Source of the DNA: Octopus sinensis | Taxonomy: Eukaryota | Length of the DNA: 64,000 bases | Reading direction: 5' to 3' | Assembly: GCF_006345805.1 (NCBI RefSeq) | Contig: NC_043007.1 | Span: 26,598,001 to 26,662,000 of the forward strand | Shown: positions 52,170 to 64,000 of the stretch, in pieces | Position numbering within the stretch: the stretch's first letter is position 1 | Layout: each line of letters opens with the position of its first letter | Made by a program: the position numbers and the translations under genes | The notes under the pieces: model-generated | Databases searched by the model: none | Told to the model about the DNA's origin: nothing | What the model saw: the letters and a program-made list of their open reading frames with translations, nothing else

Positions 52170-53560
52170 TCACGTCATCTCATGATTCACCAATATTATC
52201 CTCACATCTATCATATGAGAACCCTTTTCCTTATGTCTTTCACTGTAGCTTTATTCTTCCCATCAATTGTTTTTATGAACCGATTCAAAGTTCTTCTGAG
52301 ATAACATACCTTGAAGTTTGAAGTTAAAATTGATCCGCTTCGATTTATTGGCTAGAACAAAGAAGCTGTGGTTCTTAAGGATATGATCCACTCTAACATT
52401 ATCAGAAAAATAATCTAAGTTCACTGGATCGCTTGGTGCATTTCTATAAAAGGGCTATTGTTTCATTGTAGATATTGTTTTGTACCTTTCCCACCTACTA
52501 CCTCAAAAAATTGTAAGCTATCCTTGGAAAAAAAACTTGTAGACATCGAAGCTTTATTATCTGAACGCCGTATCAATATATTAAACTTAGCATAGTCTTT
52601 GAAAGCTCTCAGATTTTTCGGAGTGATTCACAAGTAGATTACATTTCATTTCACCAGCAAGGCAACAAAGATCTTTAGCCTTATAGACATCCAAGCTTTC
52701 CACTTTGAACACCAGTTCTGAGTAGATTTAATCTATCATAGTCTTTGAAGGCTCTTGGATATATTTTTGAGTAATACACATGTTCTTTTTTTCGCCCTTT
52801 TCAAGCCTAGCCAGGCTCATGGGCCCGGTTTCCCGGTTTCTGTGGAGTATGTGTTCCCCCCAGCTGGACGGGACGCCAGTCCATCGCAGCGTTACTCAAG
52901 AAACAGGAAAAGAGAGTGTGAGAAAGCTGTGGCGAAAGAGTACTACAGGGGTCGCGACCACCCCCTGCCGGAGCCGCGTGGAGCTTTTAGGTGTTTTCGC
53001 TCAATAAACACACACAACGCCCGGTCTGAGAATCGGGACCGCGATCCTCCGACCACGAGTCCGCTGCCCTAACCACTGGGCCATTGCGCCTCCACAATAT
53101 ACATGTAGATTTTATTTTATACTACCAGTAGCGTTTCCTCATACAAAATGCATTAAATGATTTTTGGAAGCTGCAAAGCCTGATGATGATCTGCGTCAGT
53201 AGAAATAGTAGTCGTATCAGAAATACGCTTTTAGAAATGCGTAGCTTTATCAAAAACGTGCACAAATTGTCTGTGTATAGCTTCTTTCGGCAATCACGGT
53301 TTTCAGCTCTTTGAGATAATCAGCTGCAGTGTTTGAATCACTACTGGCAGCTTCACCAGTTATTCTAGTAGCGAAAACATGAAGGCACCTCTTAGATATT
53401 TCATCCAGCCTTTTCTGACTAGATTATTTTTTTAAATCTTATTTAAGCTATTGTAGATTACAACTTCAACAAATCTGTATACATTTTTTTCAGTTTTTGC
53501 TTCAAGTAAAATTATTTTTACCACCTCATTACTCACCCAGTTTGATTGCCGAGCCACGCC
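52170..53560 (-). pseudogene. Tigger/pogo transposase remnant (HTH to DDE), interrupted by a SINE
   Basis: KGWMKY..ITGEAASSDSNTAADYLKELKTVIAERSY..SGFAASKNHL..GNATG..RAFKDY..KAWMS..NAPSDPVNL..NVRV..NFK..YLRRT aligns by eye with Tigger motifs (GEAASAD, GNAxG, KAWMT, NAPGHP); many stops and frameshifts. Confidence 0.85.
52784..53095 (-). mobile_element. SINE family D, full length
   Basis: Head ccactgggccattgcgcctccac; target duplication aatacacatgt (52773-52783) / aatatacatgt (53096-53106). Confidence 0.9.
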
Positions 53561-53624
53561 ACACATTCAGGAGCCATTTCATCATATCAGTTCAATGAAA
53601 AGCAAAAACAAAAAAATTATATAA

Positions 53625-53857
53625 CGTAAAAAATAGGGATTTTCGTAGCAAAAAAAAGGAAATTTTGATGTAAATAATTTTTGGTGTTAACGTGGTCCGA
53701 TTTGAATTTTTTTCTTCTACGGAACGAAGAGCAAGCCTTCTTCTATCATATTCTCAATTTTTGTGAACTTGCGCCGCAGGGTCTCGGAGGAGATAGTGTT
53801 AGTTGAAGGCTACCAGACCTGCCACACACAGACAACTTCAGCTTTATATATATAGAT
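53625..53857 (+). mobile_element. Second copy of the repeat at 37135-37365
   Basis: Shared gcgccgcagggtctcggaggagatagtgtt and the same 3' end. Confidence 0.6.
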
Positions 53858-54563
53858 TCAGTTTGGTGTCCAACGTAAACTTTCTTTTAGGGCTGATACC
53901 TTCAGTTCTGTTTGATGACGTTTCACAGTAATATTAGATTAGGTTAATGCGCAACACTGCCACGTTTGTAGTTAACTCTCACAGCGGCGGCGACAGACAA
54001 GACAGTAAAACGTAAGTAGAAAAATATACTTATTTTTGATGATGTCCATGTTGCCAATACATATTGATCGACTTCAGAGACAAAAATCAGAAATATAAAC
54101 ACGAAATTGGTGGAGGAGAAAGGTCGAAAGGAGCTTGCTGTACAAGATGAGAAAGTGCGGTTTGATTACAGTGAGTAAAATGACTCAAGGAGCGATGGTT
54201 GAAAGCAATGCAAACATCGTCCGGTTGAATTCATGAATACACAAAGACGAAAGGGCGTTCGAGAATAGTGCGAATACACATTCACAACAAGCTTGAGAAC
54301 AATGAAAAAAACAAGGTGTGGAAGAAAGCGGATGGAACGGTTTACTGTTTGCAACGATGTTAAGAGGAAGAGAAAAATAGCTTTAAAATGTTTGTCGGCA
54401 AAAACCAAATATAGTTAAAGAATTAAATTGGAAGGTTGTAAACAACTAAAATGCACAGACAGAAAATGGCGACAGAAATATGACAACTGGAGTGCCCGGA
54501 TATATTAAATTCCTCACGCCTAGCTCTGCCTTCGTCTTTTGTCTATTTTCATAAAGCTTCCCG

Positions 54564-54597
<34 letters not shown>

Positions 54598-54702
54598 GCA
54601 TATATGTGTGTGTATGTGTGTGTATGCGTGCGCGTGTGTGTACTTATATATACGCGTGTGTGTGTGATATATATATATATATGTGAGTGTGTGTGTGTGT
54701 GT

Positions 54703-54945
54703 GTGGAAGCCGAATGGCCCACTGTTTAGGGCAGCGGACTCGCGGTCGTAGGATTGCGGTTTCGATTCCCAGACCGGGCGTTGTGAGTGTTTATTGAGCG
54801 AAAACACCTAAAGCTCGACGAGGTTCCGGCAGTGGGTGGTGGCGATCTCTGCTGTACTCTTTCGTCGCAATGTTCTCTCATTCTTTCTTCTGTTGGCCTG
54901 GTCGCTTAGCCAGCAGGGTTGCGTCATTTGAAGGCTAAAAACAAT
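54703..54945 (+). mobile_element. SINE family D
   Basis: gtggaagccgaatggcccactgtttagggcagcggactcgcggtcg. Confidence 0.8.
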
Positions 54946-55186
54946 GTTCTATGTCATTAAGTGTCACTTGTTTGAAAACTGAAGGACATGGAACGCTTGT
55001 GTCACATAGCCAACTAGAAACGATATTTCCTGGGGCTAAATAGCAGTAGCATTCTTCCCTTTCCTGGGACTGCCACATTAAGTTGACAAGAAACCATAAC
55101 TTTATTATGCTGCTACTGTATAAGTCTCTTTTAGAGATTTAGAAATGCAAACTTTCTAATTGTTATATATATATATATATATATAT

Positions 55187-55440
55187 GAAGTCCATCTTGC
55201 CATCGTATACTCGCTTCCTTCTTCCAGCGTGTCTCGCACAGCCCTAACACGTCGCACCTGATCTCCTTCCTCTCCTCCACCTGGAAGACCTCCACGACGG
55301 TGGAGTTACGATTTCAGGAGGACGATTGGGATCACGTGGATGAGAAAGGCGCGATCCAGAGAGGAGTGGACAGCATGCTGTGACCAGCGGTGTCGAATGG
55401 ACGCCTGACGGACTGGTCGGTCAAGGTGATCAAGGTGATA
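55187..55440. mobile_element. RTE LINE insertion: inverted endonuclease N-terminal fragment (55187-55275, minus) fused to the 3' end (55277-55440, plus)
   Basis: Minus: ERKEIRCDVLGLCETRWKKEASIRWQDG (APE motif DxxGLxETRW). Plus: PPGRPPRRWSYDFRRTIGITWMRKARSREEW..*, then a ggtcaaggtgatcaaggtgat tail. (AT)n on both sides. Confidence 0.8.
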
Positions 55441-55859
55441 TATATAAAGTATGGGGTTTTAGTTCACAAGTGATCTAAATAATTCGGTACGCTAGGTAAG
55501 TGCTGTAAAAGATTACTGGGGTGCCAAGGTTATAGCCGAGACAGTAGTTACGGAGCCATTGCAAATTTCCGATGCAGTAGATATATAATTGTTAAACAGG
55601 CAAATATCTCAAGTCATATACAATATTATTATAGGAAGAAACTCAAAATTTTACAGGAAACCCCCGAGTATGGGATATTCCGTCATGAGAGACAAATTGG
55701 GAAGAAATAGAGAAAAAATGAGGATGGTATATGTCAATAATATGACAATATAGAGGAAGGGAATAAAAAAAAAAGAATAAGGAAATGGAAAGAGAGAAGA
55801 AAAAAGAAGCAAAAAATTTCATAGTTCAATTTTACGAAGTTTAGATACCTAAGCATGAG

Positions 55860-56291
55860 TCCTATATATATATATATATTATATAATATATATAATATAT
55901 ATCCATATATGTATGCTGCAGTATATGTATATGTATATGTAGTATGTATATGTATATGTACATTATATATATTATAATATATATATATATATATAATATA
56001 TTCATATATATATATATATAGATATATATATATATATATTATTTACGTTAATTCACTTCATACGGGTTATGAATCAGATCATAAAAGAGAATTTTAAATC
56101 ATTATAATAATAATAATAATATAATAATAATAATAATAATAATAATAAAATAATAGTAATAATAATAATAATAAAAGAAGCAGGGAATAATCTACAAAAT
56201 TAATAACGTTAAGAAAAAACATATTTATATGTATGTATATATAAATATAAATATATACTTATATACACATACATATAAATATATATATATG

Positions 56292-56363
<72 letters not shown>

Positions 56364-56460
56364 AGCGCTAATAAATATCTGTAAATATAAACCATCCGAT
56401 CTTCTGATTACCTCATTCTTCTAATATATATGTATATAATATATATATATATATATAATA
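55860..56460. repeat. (AT)n/(AAT)n low-complexity block
   Basis: Seen directly. Confidence 0.95.
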
Positions 56461-57076
56461 CTTACGTATACAATGCATATATGGACGTGTGTATGTGTGT
56501 GTTTTTGGTTTCTATGGTATCTTACGATGCAAAGAGTAAATAAAGAAAGCTACGAGATAAAAATCCGATATATTTTTCGAAATCTATGGTAAATCAATGG
56601 CCGTTGCCTCAAGAAAGTCTTTTTATGTTTAGTGAATATATCTTTCTTGTTCTTTTTAATTGTCGTATGGATATTGTACGTGGATATGTGTGTGTGTGTG
56701 TGTGTGAGTGTGTGTGTGAATGCATGTGTTTGTGTGTATGCGTGTGTGTATTTTGATTTTGCTTCTCTTTCATAGGTACTAATAAATACGTACACACACA
56801 CACATAAACGTACATACACTCATACACATGCACGCACACACATATAAATACACATTCGTACGTATGTATGTATATTGATGCATGGATATACGCACTTCTG
56901 TTTGAAAGAATATGAAAAGATATATGTATGCAAATATATATGTATGTATATATATATATATATGCATGTATACGTACATATCTACGTATATATATGTATT
57001 TATATATACATATATTTCTATATCTATCTTTCTATCTATCTATCTAACTATATATATACGCATATATACGTGTATT

Positions 57077-57108
<32 letters not shown>

Positions 57109-57219
57109 ATCGTAATTATATATATATATATATATACGTATATATGCACTTGTGTGTACAAGACACATACTCTCTTTATACACAGAAAAAACACACAAAC
57201 GCACGCACATACACATACA

Positions 57220-57270
<51 letters not shown>

Positions 57271-58896
57271 ATATATACATATATCGTTATCAACATTTGG
57301 ATGTTCTGACGCCAGAAAAAAAAATGGACTCTGCAAATATAAAATTAATTTATTTCTAGGAAAGAAATTTCCAGCTCCACCTTGACTCTCATCGCATTGT
57401 CTCTTGTACGTTCATCAACATGATTGAGGAAATCTTCATGGAAGCAACATTTGTTTACATACAAGTCTTAATGTGTTTGGCATTCCTTTCATTAAAGTGG
57501 TAGCGTGTTGGAGATCTTTGCTAAAACTATGTTTGTTGCCAAGGTTATTTCATCAGCGTTTGTTTTTCTTTATTGTTGTTGTTGTTCCGGCGTTTGTCTA
57601 ACCCTAGGTTAACCCTGATCATTCAACTAAATAACCAATGATAATCCCTGATTTGATCATCTCTTCTGTTGTGGTGTATGTATCATTCCCATATTTGAAT
57701 CTTTAGGATATAGTTAGAGGTAGATGTATCTGTTCTTTCTAGTAGTTTGATCGACTACCTAGAAGCCTCACCCTTTCCTGCTGATTGTTAGCAACAGAAG
57801 GCGCTGTCTATGATGGATGATTTATCGGCCTCGAATTTTTGTTTCAGAAAAGATAATTTCCCACCTGCAGGAGTACTTCCGTCTCCTGCCTACACTTTTA
57901 CATAATCTCGTATCTTCTACAAAGCCTCTTGAAAATCTTCATGTCGTTAAATCCCTAGGCGACACAGGAAAAGCAGAACTTTTCACCTATTAACGTGCTT
58001 AACATAACTTGCATATTGATTTACTGCGAATATCATCATTTCGGTACTCCTTCAAACACTAGCTGCATTGTCACAGTCATGTTGCATGTATGTTATGTTT
58101 CAAAATGAGTTTATATGCTGTGTATACCATGTCTTAAATGTGTTTGTTTAAGCCAACCTGCAAATATATTAGGATACTTCTTCGAACTGTTACTCGTGTC
58201 TTTTTGTCTTATTTCCTATATTTGCGACGGTGCATCTTGGGGTACTATGCTCACTTGTGATCAGGCTATTGTCTTGCTGCAGTTATATTTCAGTTAAAGT
58301 CTGATTAATTTTTAGAAGTGAAGTAAATTCCAGTAACTTGTTCTCATTGTTGCAGAACTTTCTAAACAACTACAGCCAACTTTTACGCTCTTCGTCTTAA
58401 ACGCTTGTTATTATTATAAGTGCTTAGCGCTAATCCATTCTCATTGGGGGAAGAATGATGCAAAGACGCTTCTTTTCTTACCATTATGTTTGTTGGTATA
58501 TGTATTGCATTATTTGGACTGCATTGTCTTATGTAACCTTCCAGTATAAGGATTTTACTTTCAGCTGAGCACAGAATTACCAAGACTATTTAGTAAATCC
58601 AGAATCCGCTCAGAAATTTTCGTGTTCGCTCATGGATTTTCCAAATAGTAAAGAGATTTTCTATCAATTATTGAATATTTTAAGAACACACAAACACACA
58701 CACACACACACATACACACATACATATATGATCATTAATATTGAAACAAAATTGAATTTATATCCACTCACAAGAACAGAAATAAAACATTCTTTTTCAT
58801 ATTTTCAATATCCTGGCTGGTTTCGTTCCTCTGCATGCTTACTAGATGCTTAACGAATCAACATGCTGCCATATCTGTACGTACATACTACATAAC

Positions 58897-58935
<39 letters not shown>

Positions 58936-59438
58936 AACATATGCATATCCATAACAACCGACTTCTCATTTCTTCGCTTGAACTAGGAATGCGAGTCAGC
59001 TTCAGCTATATCAAAGATATTTTTTTAGTAGCCCAGATGATGTAGAAGTAAATATTTAACAAATACACAGTCGAATTTCTTCTGCACAATCCTGGAATTT
59101 TGTCGACCACAATCATCACTCTGCAATTGTTACATTGTTAATAGTTATTTGGGGTTCGAAATCACGTGATGTGACTACATCTGGTAACTTATTTGCGACT
59201 TACTTGGCATTTATTATTTGATCGTTACCTTGAATTCATCTGTGACAACTTTGGCTTTTAGTTGTTTTGACTCCTATTTCTAGCAAAGCTAGTGGTCTCT
59301 ATTACCTTGATTATAAATTAATAAATAAATAATACATATATATATATATATATATATACATACATACGTGAGTGCGTATGTATCGTTGGCGATTTTTTTT
59401 CCTCCGTCTTCCCTTCTTTGGATCTTTCCTTTTCCTAT

Positions 59439-59473
59439 GTTTCTGACGAAGAGCTCCGCTCGAAACGTTAAAT
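59439..59473 (+). ncRNA. Minimal type I hammerhead motif, core intact
   Basis: GUUU-CUGACGA-A-GAGC(UCC)GCUC-GAA-ACGU-U/AAAU; ACGU palindromic stem III of the dimer-type minimal hammerheads. Confidence 0.65.
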
Positions 59474-59691
59474 CCTCCTTCTTCCCTTCCTTTCCTGAGC
59501 GTCCAATAACACTATACTTGTCCCACGTCCTCGCGTTGTTGTGTTTTCTCTTTGTGTTTTCCTATTTGGATTAACTATATATATATATATATAACGGGAA
59601 GCTTTATGAAAATAAACAAAAGACGAAGGCAGGTGGAATACAAACAAACAATTGTATTAGTATGGCGCTCAGGAATATAAATGAAACAAGT

Positions 59692-59727
59692 CTTTTACGT
59701 TTCGAGCCTACGCTCTTCAACAGAAAG
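59692..59727 (-). ncRNA. Minimal hammerhead-like motif with an A6U core change
   Basis: CUUU-CUGUUGA-A-GAGC(GUAG)GCUC-GAA-ACGU-A/AAAG. Confidence 0.55.
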
Positions 59728-59805
59728 ATACACAGAAAAGAAACACGGAGGAGAAACAAGGAGAGAAAAAAAAATATGCGTGCAGAAGCTAGCGATTCAA
59801 CATGG

Positions 59806-59884
<79 letters not shown>

Positions 59885-60179
59885 ACGCTTGTGCTGCATT
59901 CACCATGAGACTGGGGTCATTCAGTCACGTATCTCTCTCAATATACGTGTATGTGTATGCATATATTTACGTGTGTATTAGTATCTATGTGTGAGTACGA
60001 GTGTATGCGCCCAAGCGTGAATGCGCATTTATCTCGCTGATTAGATAAATGTAATCAATTAATACTCAACATCACACTTGTGGAGTTTAAATACAAAAAG
60101 CGATTAATTTATCGATTAGCTTACTCGCTAGATTGATGTATTGATTTCTGAGGTATTCGAGATGCTGGTAAGCTGCCTC

Positions 60180-60830
60180 AAAGGACGGAGATGGCGATTG
60201 GATTTCAATTCCCTTTGTGTTCTTGTTTTGACGCTCAGTGGTAGTGGTGGTGATGGCAATGATGGCGGTGATAGCGGCAGTGGTGATGGCGGTGGGGGTG
60301 GTGGTTAAGGCTGCGGTGATAATGTAGTAGTGGTGGTGCTGGCGCCGGTGCTGGTATTGGTGGTGCTGTTGGCGGTGGTGGGGAAGAAGGTGGCGGTGGT
60401 AATGGTAGTGGCGGTGGTTGTGGGGGTGCTGGTGGTGTCGGCGGCGGCGAAAGTGGTAGTGGTGTTTAAGGGGTGGCGGTGGTGGTGGTAGTGGCGGTGA
60501 TGGCGGTGATGGCGGCAGCGTTGATGGCAGTGGTGGTGATGACGGCAGCGGTGATGGTGGTGGCGGAGATGTCGGTCGCGGTGATGGTGATGGTGATGGT
60601 GGTTAAGGCTGCGGTGATCATGTAGTAGTGGTGGTGCTGGTACTGGTGGTGCTGTTGGCGGTGGCGGCGGTGGTGGTAAAGAAGGTGGCGGTGGTAATGG
60701 TGGTGGTGGTGGTGGTAGTGGCTGTGGTTGTGGTGGTGCTGGTGCTGGTGGTGTCGGCGGCGGCGAAAGTGGTAGTGGTGTTTAAGGAGTGATGGTGGTG
60801 ATGTAGTGGTGGTATTAGTGTAGCTGCTAC
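60180..60830. repeat. (GGT/GGC)-rich low-complexity tract with an internal duplication of about 300 bp
   Basis: ggttaaggctgcggtgat at about 60302 and 60601; ggcggcggcgaaagtggtagtggtgtttaagg occurs twice. Confidence 0.88.
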
Positions 60831-61755
60831 TACTGCTGCGACTACTGCTGCCACTAGTGACACATTTTGTCGTTCTCATTGCTTTTCTTTCTAACTCATT
60901 CTTAATGAGTCTTCTTCTTCTTCTTCTTCTTCTTCTTCTTCTTCTTCTTCTTCTTCTTCTTCTTCTTCCAATCAGGACTCATGCCATTAGCCACAAAGAA
61001 TAATCTCTAATTCGAGCCTACTCAAGGCTACTAAGAATTTGTGTGGCAACTTGAAGATCCACCCACCACACGCGATAGACTGGCGGTTGCGCGGGCGCGA
61101 AAGTTACGTTGTTATCCTCATTCCATAAACGGTGGCTTTTAACGGGTGGAGAGCTGAACCATCCTGGGGTACAGAGGATTCGCAATCTAGACTAGGGTCT
61201 GAAAGTTTACACCATGGTTCCTCTGCTTTGTGGCAGAAGTAGGAAGAAAGTGTGAGAGAAAGTTGTGGTGAAAGAGTACAGGTATTTGTGTGCGTCTTTC
61301 TTATCTGTGCTTATGTCCCCTTAACACAGCGGTTCGTCAAATGAGTTTTATAGAATAAGTGCCAGGCTTTAAAAAAGCATAAGTACAAAGTCAGTTATTT
61401 CGACTAAAAGTTTTCAAGGCGGTGCCCCAGCGTGGCCGTAAGCCAATGACTGAAGCAAATAAAAGATAAAAGACAGCAGCGATGACAACAACAACACAAA
61501 CAACAACAATGACATCATCAATGGTATCCTTAACAGCAATAACAACAAAAGCAACAGCAACATTCAACAGTATTAACGATATCAGCTACAAAAGCGAAAA
61601 TCGAAATGAGAAAAACTGCAACAACTGTTGAAGGCGGTGCCCCAGCATGGCCGCAGTCAAATGACTGAAACAAATAAAAGAACTGCAAAACCATCAGCAG
61701 TAGGAGTAGCGGCAACAACAACAATGAAAACATTAACAGCATTTGCAGCAATAGC

Positions 61756-62150
61756 GCAGGAGTGGCTGTGTGGGAAGTAGCTTGTTTACCAACCGCATGG
61801 TTCCGGGTTCAGTCCCACCGCGTGGCACCTTGGGCAAGTGTCTTCTACTATAGCCCCGGGCCGACCAATGCCTTGTGAGTGGATTTGGTAGACGGAAACT
61901 GAAAGAAGCCTGTCGTATATATGTATATGTATGTGTGTGTTTGTGTGTCTGTGTTTGTCCCCCTAGCATTGCTTGACAACCGATTCTGGTGTGTTTACGT
62001 CCCCGCCACTTAGCGGTTCGGCCAAAGAGACCGATAGAATAAGTACTGGGCTTACAAAGAATAAGTCCCGGGGTCGATTTGCTCGACTAAAGGCGGTGCT
62101 CCAGCATGGCCGCAGTCAAATGACTCAAACAAGTAAAAGAGTAAAGAGTA
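61756..62150 (+). mobile_element. SINE family A, full length (additional tail fragments at about 61300-61470 and 61628-61680)
   Basis: gcaggagtggctgtgtgg head, CORE, (gtaaaaga) tail. Confidence 0.92.
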
Positions 62151-62320
62151 ACTACAACTATCGATGCAACAACAATAACAATAACAACAGAAGCAGCAGC
62201 GGTAGTAGCAGCAGCAGCGGCAAGAACAACAACAGAAAGAAGAGCCACCATAACAATAAACAAGAAGAAGAACAATAACAACAATAAGAACTGCTAAGAA
62301 TAAGCAGCAGCAACTACAGA

Positions 62321-62465
62321 GTGGAGGTGCAATGGCCCAGTGGTTAGGACAACGGATTCGCGGTCGTAAGAACGTGGTTTCGATTTCCAGACAGGGCATT
62401 GTGAGTATTTATTGAGCAAAAACACCTAAGCTCCACGAGGCTCCTGCGGGGGATGGTAGTAAACT
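62321..62465 (+). mobile_element. SINE family D, 5' half
   Basis: gtggaggtgcaatggcccagtggttaggac. Confidence 0.8.
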
Positions 62466-62582
62466 GTCTTTTATCTTTTACTTGCTTCAGTCATTGGTTT
62501 ACGGCCATAAGCACAGATAAGAAAGACGCACACAAATACCTACATACATTTATACATTCTTGTATGCATATATATATGTATG

Positions 62583-62615
<33 letters not shown>

Positions 62616-62616
<1 letters not shown>

Positions 62617-62867
62617 AATATTAGTTATCGCCATACTAATATGGCATTCTTATAAAAATAAGAATAAAGCTGACCACTTATTAGCTCCATGAGGCCATCG
62701 CCTTAAGTTAGCTATTTGATACACAAACTGTATCCATATAACCTTTGAACAAGGGAGGTCAGTCGCTCCACACTACTTAAGGCGATGGCCTCATGGAGCT
62801 AATAAGTGGTCAGCTTTATTCTTATTTTTATAAGAATGCCATATTAGTATGGCGATAACTAATATTT
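62616..62867. repeat. Perfect inverted repeat, 93-bp arms (62616-62708 / 62775-62867), 66-nt loop
   Basis: The reverse complement of the right arm matched the left arm base for base. Confidence 0.96.
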
Positions 62868-62922
62868 TCCGGGAACGCTGCCGTTGTTCTCTTTTAGAGA
62901 GACTTAGTAATTTTAATATTTC

Positions 62923-62958
<36 letters not shown>

Positions 62959-62961
<3 letters not shown>

Positions 62962-64000
62962 GTAAACAGTAAAATTAAATACAGACATGGACAAGAACAT
63001 GAAACACCACAGAGACGACACAAGAACCACAGGACGGGACATTCGAGCCCTCAGTCATCAGTCAAGAACCAGATCATCTTAGCAATTTCGGCTGATAATC
63101 TTGAGATTGCTCCGATATGGCCAGCCCGCCAAGGGGAATCTAAGCCAAGCGCATTAGATCCCCTGGAAAAAGCTTCGAATGTATACCAACGAAAGGACGG
63201 AAAACGATCGAAGTACACAACACAAATACAGAATACGTGACCCATAAATACAAAAACGTAAAAACAATAACGGTAAAATAAAAAATAAACAACAAAAACA
63301 AACCAGGACGTAGGACAAGGGTCTTTCGACAGGACGATTTGAGTAGGGGCTGGCTTGTGAAGTTGTGCCTAAAGGCCACGGGGAGACGAACAAATCTGTG
63401 TTGCTTCTGAGGCTGCTGAAAACGAAAAGAGCGCTCAACGCGCTAGCTGTCACGTGAGAACAAAAGACAGGAGAAAGGGACAGATGAAAAGGGAGAGAAG
63501 GTGGACGAGGGAGGAGAAGAAGAGACAGATCGAGGGGGCTGGAGGTGAGAGAGATAGAGAAACGTAGAAAGGGGGGGGGACGGATGAGAGGGAAAGAACG
63601 GAAGTGGAAAAAGGGAGGAGGGAGAGAGAGAAAAAGAGACAGATTAAGAGTCGTATCAAAGCTTGAGAAAAAAATATACTTATCGTATAAGGACAATTGT
63701 GGATACGTAGCCGCCGATTATATAGGTAAACAGTAAAATTAAATACAGACCATGGACAAGAACATGAAACACCACAGAGACGACACAAGAACCACAGGAC
63801 GGGACATTCGAAGCCCTCAGTCATCAGTCAAGAACCAGATCATCTTAGCAATTTCGGCTGATTAATCTTGAGATTGCTCCGATATGGCCAGCCCGCCAAG
63901 GGGAATCTAAGCCAACGCATTAGATCCCCTGGAAGAAAGCTTCGAATGTATACAACGAAAGGACGGAAAACGATCGAAGTACACAAACAAAAATACAGAA
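62959..64000 (-). mobile_element. Direct repeat with a period of about 763 bp (62959-63230 repeated from 63722 to the window end); PLE pLTR-like
   Basis: taggtaaacagtaaaattaaatacagac... occurs twice; both copies carry a CUGAUGA..GAAUGUC motif on the minus strand. Confidence 0.7.

Noticed and set aside
53169-53215. CUGAUGA..GUCA..GAAA hammerhead-like string
   Set aside because: It lies within Tigger coding sequence on the opposite strand, has 3 extra nt before GAAA, and lacks stems I and III; likely chance
54050-54420. Coding-like stretch, possibly a decayed transposon ORF
   Set aside because: Multiple stops and no motif I can name
57359-57460. Possible exon after the acceptor-like ttaatttatttctag
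   Set aside because: Frames are open on both strands but unrecognisable; splice signals alone are insufficient
57830-58000. Possible CR1/Jockey LINE fragment (...SLGDTGKAELF)
   Set aside because: Only a 5-residue resemblance; needs a profile search
58365-58430. Acceptor-like tgttctcattgttgcag with short open frames
   Set aside because: Too short and no identifiable product

Overview
Repeat-saturated, AT-rich eukaryotic non-coding DNA (intron or intergenic). The microsatellite spectrum and tRNA-derived SINE families point to an Octopus (coleoid cephalopod) genome; this is inference from recall, not a database search. I find no intact host gene, rRNA, true tRNA gene or CRISPR array. Almost all ORFs in the track are translations of (AT)n, (TACA)n, (GATA)n, (GGT)n or (GAT)n repeats. 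Recognisable content: decayed DNA transposons (Tc1 of DD37E/TRT type, four non-autonomous mariner copies, Tigger/pogo); retroelement remnants (Penelope-like element with GIY-YIG domain, Tx1/L1, RTE, a Dong/R4-like 3' end); and more than 25 SINE copies or fragments from four families. The most interesting observations are: (i) a complete type I hammerhead ribozyme at 33192-33242 (minus) inside the Penelope remnant, with several minimal or degenerate hammerhead motifs and fold-back inverted repeats elsewhere; (ii) a 1.7-kb tandem triplication whose middle mariner copies are chimeras of the two outer copies, with the crossover mapped to 16 nt; (iii) a six-unit SINE concatemer that restarts at the same internal site as a dimer elsewhere in the window; (iv) a 14-bp minisatellite grown from a Tigger terminal repeat; and (v) a 250-bp RTE insertion joining the element's two ends in opposite orientation. 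These are notable instances of mostly known phenomena. I see no evidence for a wholly new system. Scattered single-base indels between repeat copies suggest long-read errors, so copy numbers and point variants need read-level confirmation.
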